Shown: positions 31,740 through 40,130 of the stretch, one piece after another | How the letters are laid out: the number at the start of each line of letters is the position of its first letter | Position numbering within the stretch: position 1 is the first letter of the stretch | Made by a program: the position numbers and the translations under genes | Assembly (NCBI GenBank): GCA_041483175.1 | Contig: JBGPFD010000002.1 | Span: 1-40,625 of the forward strand | Origin: Thermoanaerobaculia bacterium | GTDB taxonomy: Bacteria; Acidobacteriota; Thermoanaerobaculia; Gp7-AA8 | DNA: 40,625 bases | Reading direction: 5' to 3' | Notes under the pieces: generated by a model | The model's input: the letters and a program-made list of their open reading frames with translations, nothing else | Databases searched by the model: none | What the model was told of the DNA's origin: nothing

Positions 31740-32720
31740 TCAGCGGAAGCTGATGGAGATGTCGTCCATGGTCAGCACGCCCGGACGGGCGCTGACGACG
31801 CGCGGGATGGCGTTGACCACCATGGCCGCGGTGGCGCGGTCGCCGTGCACGCCGCCTTTGATCTCCATTTCGACATCGGGCACGCCGCGCACGATGACGC
31901 GATCGGCGGCTACATCCTCGGCGCCGACGTACATCCGCAGCTCGAGGCGCACGTTGATCTTTCCGCGCCCCTCGATGGTCTGGTGAACGCCGGCGACTTG
32001 TCCCGGCATGACCTTGAGGTACTGGGTGACTACCTGGCGGTCGGCGACGATCGGCTCGATCTTCTCGTCGCTGACCTGCTCGAACTCGACGCCCAGGCTG
32101 TTGCCGACGAGCATCAGCGATTCGCGCAGGCCCATGTGCTTGATCTTTCCCGAAGCGACGGCAGCGCGGAACTCGGCCGGGCTCATGCCCGCGCCGACTT
32201 TCCGCTGCAGCGGCTCGCGCCGCGTCGAGGCGTTCTGAATGCGGATGATGTCGACCGACTGGATGCTCTGGCAGACGGAGGTGAGCGTCAGGGGCAGCTT
32301 GTCCATGACGAAGCCGGGATTCACGCCGGTGCCGATCAGGCCGACGTTCTTCGCGCGCGCGACCTGCTGTAGATCGCCGCGAATGGCCTGATCGAGCGGG
32401 AACGACAGTTCCTCACAGGTGGACACGACATGGCAACCGCGGCCGAGGAGCTCTTTGAGTTGCGGCGCGACGTCGCGCAGTCGCGAGCCGGTCGAATGGC
32501 AGACCACTTCCGGTTTTCCGTCCAACTGCGCGGTGACTTTCACACCGGTTGTTTTGCCGAGGCCGATGACCTCGCCGAGGTCCTTGCCGATTTTTTGTGG
32601 ATCGATGTCCACGGCGGCGACGACCTTGATCCACGGTTTGGTGAGAAGGAGGCGCGCGATCTCGGCGCCGATCGGGCCGATTCCGTATTGCGCGACGGCG
32701 ATGGGACGAATTGGATTCAT
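31740..32720 (-). CDS. DapB-like NAD(P)-dependent dehydrogenase (2,4-diaminopentanoate dehydrogenase / amine dehydrogenase family)
   Basis: Rossmann N-terminus IAVAQYGIGPIGAEIARLL, the GTGVNPGF motif and a C-terminal GDRATAAMVVNAIP pattern. Confidence 0.7.
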   Translation of the reverse strand: MNPIRPIAVAQYGIGPIGAEIARLLLTKPWIKVVAAVDIDPQKIGKDLGEVIGLGKTTGVKVTAQLDGKPEVVCHSTGSRLRDVAPQLKELLGRGCHVVSTCEELSFPLDQAIRGDLQQVARAKNVGLIGTGVNPGFVMDKLPLTLTSVCQSIQSVDIIRIQNASTRREPLQRKVGAGMSPAEFRAAVASGKIKHMGLRESLMLVGNSLGVEFEQVSDEKIEPIVADRQVVTQYLKVMPGQVAGVHQTIEGRGKINVRLELRMYVGAEDVAADRVIVRGVPDVEMEIKGGVHGDRATAAMVVNAIPRVVSARPGVLTMDDISISFR

Positions 32721-32741
32721 GGCGCGCCGCGCATTGTACTT

Positions 32742-32795
32742 GACGTAGGGCCGGCTCTTAGCCGGCCCAAGCCGCCTGAGAGGCGGCTCTACGTC
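32742..32795. repeat. Two-hairpin REP-like unit closed by a GACGTAG/CTACGTC stem
   Basis: The sequence is gacgtagggccggctcttagccggcccaagccgcctgagaggcggctctacgtc. The closing stem supplies the dinB stop codon. Confidence 0.85.
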
Positions 32796-33847
32796 GGAGC
32801 GAACAACGCCGGCTGGTCGTCCTCTTCGACGAAGTTCGAAACGCCGATCCCCGCGAGGCGGAAACGCCGACCTGGCTGGAACTGGAATCGCCTCAGGAGA
32901 TCGATGCCGATGCGCGCCAGATCATCGCCGCTCGCCGGCGGAAGGTCGGGTGTGTGGCGGCGGGTGGCGGTCTCGAATTGTCCGGTGCGCAGCTTCACGG
33001 TGACCGTCCGGCCGACGAGCTTCCGTTCGGCCAGCGCTTCCCAGAGTGAGTGCGCTTCGTCGCGGATGTAGGCGGCAACTTCGTCGAGAGGGATGTCATT
33101 TGGAAAGGTGTTTTCGCTCGAATACGACTTTCGTTTGCGCGACGGCTCGACCGGGCTCTCGTCGATTCCCCGCGCGAGCTCCCACAGACGGGTGCCCCAT
33201 TTTCCGAATCGCTCGACGAGCTGCTCGCTGGAGAATCGTCGCAGATGGCCGACCGTGGCCACACCCATGTCGGTCATCACCTGTTCCGTTGCCTTGCCGA
33301 CGCCGGGGATTTTGCGCACTGGCAGACCTTCGAGAAACGATTCGATCTGATGCGGTCGGATGACGAAAAGCCCGTCGGGCTTTTTCCAATCAGAGGCGAT
33401 CTTGGCCAGGAACTTGTTGGGCGCCACGCCGGCGGAGGCGGTCAGTTGTGTTTCCCGGCGGATCTCGCCGCGAATCGTTTCCGCGGTCTCGGTGGCGGTT
33501 GGAATGCCGGTCAGCTCGGTGGTGACGTCGAGGTAGGCCTCGTCGAGCGAGAGCGGCTCGACGAGCGGCGTGTGGCGCTGGAAGATCGCGCGGATCTGCC
33601 GTGATACGGCGGTGTACTTTTCGAAATTCGGGGCGATGAAGACGCCGTCAGGACAAAGGCGCCGGGCGCGCGATGAAGGCATGGCGGAGTGCACGCCGAA
33701 TTTCCGCGCTTCGTACGACGCGGCGCAGACGACGCTCCGCGCGCCGGGCCAGCCGACGATCACCGGTTTTCCGCGCAGCTCCGGCGCATCGCGCTGCTCG
33801 ACCGACGCGTAGAATGCGTCCATGTCGATGTGCAGAATCTTTCTCAC
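32789..33847 (-). CDS. dinB: DNA polymerase IV (Y-family)
   Basis: GTG start. MRKILHIDMDAFYASVEQRD..., SLDEAYLDV and the overall 352-aa layout. Confidence 0.95.
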   Translation of the reverse strand: MRKILHIDMDAFYASVEQRDAPELRGKPVIVGWPGARSVVCAASYEARKFGVHSAMPSSRARRLCPDGVFIAPNFEKYTAVSRQIRAIFQRHTPLVEPLSLDEAYLDVTTELTGIPTATETAETIRGEIRRETQLTASAGVAPNKFLAKIASDWKKPDGLFVIRPHQIESFLEGLPVRKIPGVGKATEQVMTDMGVATVGHLRRFSSEQLVERFGKWGTRLWELARGIDESPVEPSRKRKSYSSENTFPNDIPLDEVAAYIRDEAHSLWEALAERKLVGRTVTVKLRTGQFETATRRHTPDLPPASGDDLARIGIDLLRRFQFQPGRRFRLAGIGVSNFVEEDDQPALFAPT

Positions 33848-33862
33848 TGGCGCAACCTCGAG

Positions 33863-33941
33863 GAATGCAGAACGCAGAATGCAGAATGCAGAATTGAGAA
33901 CCAGGTTATTTTCTTCATTCTAAATTCTGCGTTCTGCGTTC
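33863..33941. repeat. AT-rich dyad array of 7-bp GAAY-N3 units in the dinB divergent promoter gap
   Basis: The sequence is gaatgca gaacgca gaatgca gaatgca gaattga gaaccag / gttattttcttc / attctaa attctgc gttctgc gttc. It ends at the ATG of the next gene. Confidence 0.85.
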
Positions 33942-35030
33942 ATGTGGCATCTACAAACGCCTGCGTTCCTGGTCGACAAGCTAATTGTCGAGCAAAACTG
34001 TGCCCGCATGCGCGAGAAGGCGCGCGCGTCGAGGGTGATCTTCCGCCCGCACGTGAAGACGCACAAGACGGTGGAGATCGCGCGGATGCAGCACGGCAGC
34101 GCACTCGGCCCGATCACAGTCTCCACCCTGGCCGAGGGGGAGTTCTTCGCCAATGCTGGATTTCGCGACATCACCTACGCCGTGCCGATTGCGCCTGAAA
34201 AACTCGAGCGCGCGGCGGCGCTGGCACGGCGAATCGAACGGCTGAATCTCCTGATCGATAGCGAGCCGGCTCTACGAGCGTTAGAGAAGCAGGGAAGTGA
34301 ATTCGACGTCTTCCTGAAGGTCGATTGTGGATACCACCGCGCCGGGGTCGATCCTGTCGATCCGCAGAGCATGGTGCTCGCGGCGGAAATCGCCCGCTCG
34401 CCGGCGGTCCGCTTTCGCGGATTACTGGCGCACGCAGGACATTCGTACCACGCGCGCAACGCCGGCGAGATCCGCGCCATTGCGCGCGAAGAAACCGATT
34501 GCCTGACTCGTTTCAGAACGCTTCTCTCAACTGTCGGCATCGGAGATCTGCTGCGCAGCGTCGGATCGACGCCGACCGCTTCGGTGGTGGAACGATTCGA
34601 CGACGTCGACGAAGTGCGTCCCGGCAATTACGTCTTCTACGATGCGTTTCAGTCGATCATCGGCTCGTGCAGGCGCGACGATTGCGCCGTCTCGGTTCTG
34701 ACGACGGTGATCGGATCGTATCCCCAACGCGGCGAGGCGGTCATCGACGCCGGTGCGCTCGCGCTGTCGAAGGACCTCGGACCCGATGTCATCGATCCAC
34801 AATTTGGCTACGGGATCGTCTGCGATCTTCAGCTCCGACCTCTGGACATACGGTTGGTCACGCTGTCCCAGGAGCACGGCAAGCTGCGCACAAAGACTCC
34901 GCTCGCCGTCGGGCAGCAACTCCGCATCCTGCCCAATCACTCCTGTCTCACCGCGGCGATGTACGACGTCTACCACGTGATCGAGGGTGGCAGAATCGTC
35001 GCGGAGTGGCATCCAGTCCGCGGCTGGTGA
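33942..35030 (+). CDS. PLP-dependent D-serine dehydratase-like / D-threonine aldolase family enzyme (alanine racemase N-terminal fold)
   Basis: TPAFLVD...RPHVKTHKT contains the PLP lysine context. The length is 362 aa and the C-terminal motif is LPNHSCLTAAMY. Confidence 0.8.
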   Translation: MWHLQTPAFLVDKLIVEQNCARMREKARASRVIFRPHVKTHKTVEIARMQHGSALGPITVSTLAEGEFFANAGFRDITYAVPIAPEKLERAAALARRIERLNLLIDSEPALRALEKQGSEFDVFLKVDCGYHRAGVDPVDPQSMVLAAEIARSPAVRFRGLLAHAGHSYHARNAGEIRAIAREETDCLTRFRTLLSTVGIGDLLRSVGSTPTASVVERFDDVDEVRPGNYVFYDAFQSIIGSCRRDDCAVSVLTTVIGSYPQRGEAVIDAGALALSKDLGPDVIDPQFGYGIVCDLQLRPLDIRLVTLSQEHGKLRTKTPLAVGQQLRILPNHSCLTAAMYDVYHVIEGGRIVAEWHPVRGW

Positions 35031-35086
35031 TCGGGCATCCATCCCGAGCCGGCCGCCACACTTCCGCGCTACACTGCCTCCGGTTC

Positions 35087-38000
35087 GTGAATACTGCGCA
35101 CTCCAGCGGCCTCGCGTTGGCCACTCTTCTCGCTGCCGTGGTCATTCTGGCCCTGGGGACGTCGGTGTTGTGGCGTGCGCGGGGCTCCCGTCTGAGCGCG
35201 CTTTTTTTCGCGATCGCCGTTGCGGCGGCGGGATGGCTCGCCGGGTTCTCCGCGGTCTATGAGAGCAACGACTCCTCGGCGGCCTTGCGCTGGGCGCGCG
35301 TGGCGTCGTTCTTCTCGTGCCTGATGCCGGCCGCGATTTTTCACTTCAGCGTTGTCTATGCCGGCCGCCGGCTTCGCGCCATCGTGGCGTTGTGCTGGAC
35401 GTTTTCGATCGCTGTCGGCGTGCTCACAGTAACCACGGGACTCTTCATTCGCGGACTGTGGCACTACCCGTGGGGCTTCTATCCAAGGGGATCGGCCTTC
35501 AACCTCACGTGGGTCATTCCGTTGACGGCGATGGTGGCCGGCAGCATCGTCTTGATCTGGCGCGCGTCGGAGGCGCACGCCGCTTCCCGCACGCGCGGGC
35601 ACGCGATCATCATTGCCTTCGTTATCGGCTCGTTCGCGCTGATCGATTATTTCCCGATCGTCGGCATCGACGTGCCGCCGGCCGGCTTCATCGCCATCCT
35701 GGCATTCATCGGAATGGCCACGGCTGCCATCTGGCGCTACCGGCTGGTGGAGCTGACGCCGGAATACGCGGCGGCGCAGATCCTCACAACGATGAAGAGC
35801 GCGGTAGTGGTCGCCGATCTCGACGGCCGGATCCGCGTGGCCAATGCGGCGGCGCTGGCGTTGCTCGGCTACAGCGAACGCGATCTGGTGGGACAGCCGA
35901 TCCGCACAGTCATCGATCCCGAGGGGTCGATCAGCAGCGGGCAGCTCCTGCGCAGCATGGGGATGCTCGAGTTGCAGATGGCCTGGCGAACCGCGAGCGG
36001 CAGCAGCATCGACATGAACGTCTCCTCATCGTTCATCCGCGAATTCGACAACACTCCGGTCGGCGTGGTGTACGTGGGCACGGACGTCACGGAGCGGAGG
36101 AAAGCGGAGCAGGCCCTCCGCGAGAGCGAGCATCGTTATCGCACGCTGTTCGAAGGCAATCCTCTTCCCATGTGGGTTTACGACTTCGAGACGCTGCGCT
36201 TCATTGCGGTGAACGAGGCGGCGGTCCGCCACTACGGCTATTCCAAAGACGAATTCCTGCAGATGACCATTGCCGACATCCGCCCCTCAGAAGACATCCC
36301 GCTGATGAAGCAGACGCTCGCGCACCTGCACGATCGCGATCGCAATCGCATTTTCCGGCACCGCAAGAAGAACGGCTCGGTGTTCGATGCGGAGATCACC
36401 TCATTCGAATTCGTGTCCGGCGGCCGACGGGCGCGGCTGGTGATCGCCCTCGACGTCACCGAGCGCCGCCTGGCCGAGGAGCGGTTGCGGGAAAGCGAGG
36501 AGCGTTACCGGCTGCTGTTCGAGCGCAACCTCGCCGGCGTCTTCCGCACCACGATGGACGGCCGGGTTCTGGAGGTCAATGACGCGCTGGCGCGGATATT
36601 CGGCTACGACCGAGAGAAACTGATGGCCGAAAGGGCACATGCCGTCTACTTCAGTTCCGAGGAGCGGGCGCGTCTCATGGCCCGTCTGCGGAAGGAGAAG
36701 TCGCTGTCGAATATCGAAGTGCGCATGCGTCGTCGCGACGGCACACCGGTCTGGGTGCTGGAGAACATGACCCTGCGGGACACACCCGACGGCGGCATGA
36801 TCGAAGGAACGATCATCGACATCACCGATCGCAAGACGGCGCAGGACCAGGTGGAGTATCAGGCGTATCACGATGTGCTCACCGGGTTGCCGAACCGGCT
36901 GCTGTTCCGCGATCGGATCGGCGTCGCCCTGGCCCACGCGCGACGGATTCGCCGCGCTGTGGCCGTGATGTTCTTCGATCTCGATCAGTTCAAGCTGGTG
37001 AACGACACGCTGGGGCACACGGTCGGCGACGGCCTGTTGCAGGCGGCCGCCGATCGCCTGGTTGGTTGCGTGCGCGCGGAGGATACCGTCGCGCGGATGG
37101 GCGGCGACGAATTCACCATTCTCCTTTCCGATCTTCCCGAACCCAGCGCCGCGGCGTTGGTGGCGCAGAAGGTGCTCGACAGCATCTCCCAGCCGATCGA
37201 GGTGGACGGCCACGAGCTGTTCATCACCATCAGCATCGGCATCGCCATCTTTCCAGACGACGGATTGGATGCCGAGACGCTGCTGAAAAACGCCGACCGC
37301 GCGATGTACCGCGCGAAAGAAGCGGGACGAAACAACTACCAGTTCGCCACGCGCGCCGCAGTGGAAGCGGCCGACGGGCGCCTGTCGATCGAACGCAGTC
37401 TGCATCACGCCTTCGCCCGCCAGGAGTTCGTCGTTCATTATCAGCCGATGATCGAGATCGGTACCCGCCGCGTCGTCGGCGCGGAGGCGCTGATCCGCTG
37501 GATGAATCCTGATGTGGGCATGATGTCACCCGACGAATTCATCCCCATCGCCGAAGAGTGCGGACTGATTTTCCCCATCGGTGAATGGGTGTTGCGCACG
37601 GCGTGCGTGCAGATGAAGCGCTGGCACGACGCCGGTTATGGCGATCTGCACATCTCGGTCAATCTCTCCGCGCGACAGTTCCAGCAGCACGATCTCACGA
37701 CGATGATCGAGCGCATCCTGAGCCAGACCGGCCTCCCCGCCGACGCGCTGCACGTCGAGATCACGGAATCGACGGCCATGCACAATGCCGAGCTGTCGCT
37801 GGCCATCATGACCCGCCTGAAGCAGATGGGAGTGCACATTTCCATCGATGACTTCGGCACCGGGTATTCGTCGCTCAGCTACCTGAAGAAGTTTCCGATC
37901 GACACCGTGAAGATCGACCAGAATTTCGTGCGCGACCTCTCCAACGACTCGAACGACGCGGCGATCATCTCGGCGGTCATCTCCATGGCCCGCGCGATGA

Positions 38001-38143
38001 AGCTGCGGGTCATCGCCGAAGGAGTGGAGACGGAGGAACAGCTCGCGTTTCTGCGAAGCCAGGACTGCGAAACGATCCAGGGTTTTCTGTACAGCCGCCC
38101 GCTTTCGGCGGAGGAATTCGAGAGCCTTCTCGCCGCGCGGTAG
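35087..38143 (+). CDS. 7TM-sensor / multi-PAS / GGDEF / EAL c-di-GMP turnover protein
   Basis: GTG start chosen after the upstream gene ends. The N-terminus has 7 hydrophobic helices and there are about three PAS modules. GGDEF is in RMGGDEFTILL, and EAL in EALIRW ... DDFGTGYSSLSYLK ... EGVE. Confidence 0.9.
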   Translation: MNTAHSSGLALATLLAAVVILALGTSVLWRARGSRLSALFFAIAVAAAGWLAGFSAVYESNDSSAALRWARVASFFSCLMPAAIFHFSVVYAGRRLRAIVALCWTFSIAVGVLTVTTGLFIRGLWHYPWGFYPRGSAFNLTWVIPLTAMVAGSIVLIWRASEAHAASRTRGHAIIIAFVIGSFALIDYFPIVGIDVPPAGFIAILAFIGMATAAIWRYRLVELTPEYAAAQILTTMKSAVVVADLDGRIRVANAAALALLGYSERDLVGQPIRTVIDPEGSISSGQLLRSMGMLELQMAWRTASGSSIDMNVSSSFIREFDNTPVGVVYVGTDVTERRKAEQALRESEHRYRTLFEGNPLPMWVYDFETLRFIAVNEAAVRHYGYSKDEFLQMTIADIRPSEDIPLMKQTLAHLHDRDRNRIFRHRKKNGSVFDAEITSFEFVSGGRRARLVIALDVTERRLAEERLRESEERYRLLFERNLAGVFRTTMDGRVLEVNDALARIFGYDREKLMAERAHAVYFSSEERARLMARLRKEKSLSNIEVRMRRRDGTPVWVLENMTLRDTPDGGMIEGTIIDITDRKTAQDQVEYQAYHDVLTGLPNRLLFRDRIGVALAHARRIRRAVAVMFFDLDQFKLVNDTLGHTVGDGLLQAAADRLVGCVRAEDTVARMGGDEFTILLSDLPEPSAAALVAQKVLDSISQPIEVDGHELFITISIGIAIFPDDGLDAETLLKNADRAMYRAKEAGRNNYQFATRAAVEAADGRLSIERSLHHAFARQEFVVHYQPMIEIGTRRVVGAEALIRWMNPDVGMMSPDEFIPIAEECGLIFPIGEWVLRTACVQMKRWHDAGYGDLHISVNLSARQFQQHDLTTMIERILSQTGLPADALHVEITESTAMHNAELSLAIMTRLKQMGVHISIDDFGTGYSSLSYLKKFPIDTVKIDQNFVRDLSNDSNDAAIISAVISMARAMKLRVIAEGVETEEQLAFLRSQDCETIQGFLYSRPLSAEEFESLLAAR

Positions 38144-38146
38144 GGT

Positions 38147-38238
38147 GCCCTCACCCGCCGCTTCGCGGCACCCTCTCCCGCGAGCGGCCCTCGCCCCGCG
38201 GGAGCGGGGAGAGGGTGGCCGAAGGCCAGGTGAGGGGC
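38147..38238. repeat. Long imperfect palindrome of the ...CACCCTCTCCC / GGGGAGAGGGTG... type
   Basis: The sequence is ccctcacccgccgcttcgcggcaccctctcccgcgagcgg / ccgcgggagcggggagagggtggccgaaggccaggtgagggg. It lies between tandem genes. Confidence 0.8.
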
Positions 38239-38253
38239 CTACAATCCGCGGCC

Positions 38254-39912
38254 ATGACCCGAACGCTCGCATTCTTCACACTTTTTGCCGCCGTTGCCCT
38301 GCCCATCGACTGGTCGAAGGTCGCTCCCGATCTGGAGCAGCGGCTGGCGCAATTCAAACCGGTGGAGATGGTCTTCACGGGGGACGGGTTCAACCCGCGC
38401 GAGCAGCGCCTGGTCAACGAGCTGATCGCCGCCTGCCGCGACCTGGAGGACATCTACTGGCGCCAGAACAGCCCGGAGGACGTCCCGATTTACAAATCGC
38501 TGGTCGGAAAGAAAGGGGAGAGGGAGCAAGCCCTGCGGCGCTATCTCTGGATCAACGGCAGCCGCTACGACCAGATCAAGGAGAACGAGCCGTTCATCGG
38601 ATCGACTCCCATGCCGCCTGGCCGCGATCTCTACGGTCGCGGTCTGACGCGCAAGGAGATCGAGGACTACGTCGCCGCGCATCCCGAGCAGAAGAACGCG
38701 ATCTACGACGAGCGGACCGTTGTCGAAGTCGCGAGCCGGAATCCGCTCCGGCTGACGACGACGCCGTATCACGTCCGCTACCGGCAGTGGCTCGAGCCCG
38801 CTGCGCGACATCTACGCAATGCGGCAGATGCCAGCGACGACAAGGCATTCGCGGAGTTCCTCCGCATGCGCGCCAAAGCGCTGCTGACCGATGACTACTA
38901 TCCGAGCGATCTCGCCTGGGTGCGCCTCAAGGATCCGAAGTTCGACATCATCTTCGCTCCTTACGAGACCTACCTGGACGACCTCCTCGGCGTGAAAACT
39001 TCCTACGGCGCGGCGGTGCTGATCCGCAACGAGGAGGAGAGCCACAAGCTCGCCGCGTTCCAGAAGTACGTTTCCGACATTCAGGATGCGCTCCCCCTTC
39101 CGGCCGCCGACCGGCCCTCGAAGAAAGGGCACGAGACCCCGATGGAAGTGATGGACACGCCGTTCCGCGCCGGCGATCTGCGGCACGGCTACCAGGCGGT
39201 GGCCGACAACCTGCCGAACGACCCGCGCATCCACGAGAAGGTCGGGAGCAAGAAGATCTTTTTCAAGAACTACATGGATGCACGCGTGAACTACATCATC
39301 CTGCCTGTAGCCAAACGGCTCATGCGTCCGGAGCAGGCCGCGCAGGCGAGCGCCGACGGCTATCTGACCATGGTCATGATGCACGAGATCTCGCACGGCC
39401 TCGGGCCTGCGTTCGCCCGGCAAAATGGTCAACAGGTTGACATTCGTCAGGCGATCGGGCCGGTGTACTCCGGGCTGGAGGAGGCGAAGGCGGATGTCAC
39501 CGGCATGTTGGGCCTTCAGTGGCTGGTGGATCACGGCGCGTTGCCGAAAGAGCGTTTGCACGAGTACTACGCGTCGTATGTCGCGGGAATTTTCCGCACC
39601 GTTCGTTTCGGAACGGGCGAGGCGCACGGACGTGCGGAGATGATGGAATTCAATTTCCTGAGCGAGCGCGGAGCGATCGCCCGCGACAGCGGCGGACGGT
39701 ACGGCGTCGACTACGCGAAGATGCCGGAAGCCATCGCCGCGGTGGCGAAAGAGTTGCTGGAGATCGAGGCCACGGGTGATCGATCGCGTGCCGAGGCGTG
39801 GTTTGCGCGGTACGACAAGATGCCGCCGGAGCTGCGGGCATCGCTCGATGCGGTCAAGGATATTCCGGTCGACTTTGATCCGATGATTCCGTTTCGCGAA
39901 GGCGTCCAGTAG
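38254..39912 (+). CDS. Secreted Zn-metallopeptidase, dipeptidyl-peptidase III (M49)-like
   Basis: ATG at MTRTLAFFTLFAAVALP (signal peptide). HEISHGLGP plus the downstream EEAKADVTG resemble the two M49-type Zn motifs. The family call is moderate. Confidence 0.65.
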   Translation: MTRTLAFFTLFAAVALPIDWSKVAPDLEQRLAQFKPVEMVFTGDGFNPREQRLVNELIAACRDLEDIYWRQNSPEDVPIYKSLVGKKGEREQALRRYLWINGSRYDQIKENEPFIGSTPMPPGRDLYGRGLTRKEIEDYVAAHPEQKNAIYDERTVVEVASRNPLRLTTTPYHVRYRQWLEPAARHLRNAADASDDKAFAEFLRMRAKALLTDDYYPSDLAWVRLKDPKFDIIFAPYETYLDDLLGVKTSYGAAVLIRNEEESHKLAAFQKYVSDIQDALPLPAADRPSKKGHETPMEVMDTPFRAGDLRHGYQAVADNLPNDPRIHEKVGSKKIFFKNYMDARVNYIILPVAKRLMRPEQAAQASADGYLTMVMMHEISHGLGPAFARQNGQQVDIRQAIGPVYSGLEEAKADVTGMLGLQWLVDHGALPKERLHEYYASYVAGIFRTVRFGTGEAHGRAEMMEFNFLSERGAIARDSGGRYGVDYAKMPEAIAAVAKELLEIEATGDRSRAEAWFARYDKMPPELRASLDAVKDIPVDFDPMIPFREGVQ

Positions 39913-40020
39913 GGAAACTCTGCACAAGTGCAGGCCTTCGAGTGTAGGGGCCGGCGTTCCCGCCGGGCCGGCGGGCGAGGACGCCCGCCGCTACAGGAAG
40001 CGGCTGTGCAGAGGTTCCCC
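39912..40020. repeat. REP-like core (39940-39995) nested inside a longer inverted repeat
   Basis: The outer arms are gggaaactctgcaca (39912-39926) and tgtgcagaggttcccc (40005-40020). The core is gagtgtaggggccggcgttcccgccgggccggcgggcgaggacgcccgccgctaca. Confidence 0.75.
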
Positions 40021-40130
40021 AGTGTAGTGCTCTGAGCCCGCGCGCACATGCCCGACCGCCAGAAACGTAATCGACCGAAAAAAGCGACGACGTCTTACAC
40101 TGCCCTCGTGCGGGAGGACGTCGGCTGGCC

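Noticed and set aside
33848-33941. LexA/SOS box upstream of dinB. I looked for GTTC-N7-GTTC / GAAC-N7-GAAC, the motif I recall being reported for Acidobacterium LexA.
   Set aside because: GTTC and GAAC tetramers occur only as part of the 7-bp heptads, so they are spaced N3, not N7. I found no match to that motif or to the CTGT-N8-ACAG type.
34325-35086. N-terminal 254-aa extension of the GGDEF-EAL ORF (the ORF track starts it at 34325).
   Set aside because: The extension is Arg-rich nonsense that overlaps the well-supported PLP-enzyme gene in another frame. The membrane sensor begins right after GTG 35087.
6457-40020. Whether the recurring GC-rich palindromes could be a CRISPR array.
   Set aside because: The copies are kilobases apart, not regularly spaced, differ in sequence and orientation, have no spacer-like unique inserts between short-period repeats, and no cas genes are present. 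They behave as REP-like extragenic palindromes.
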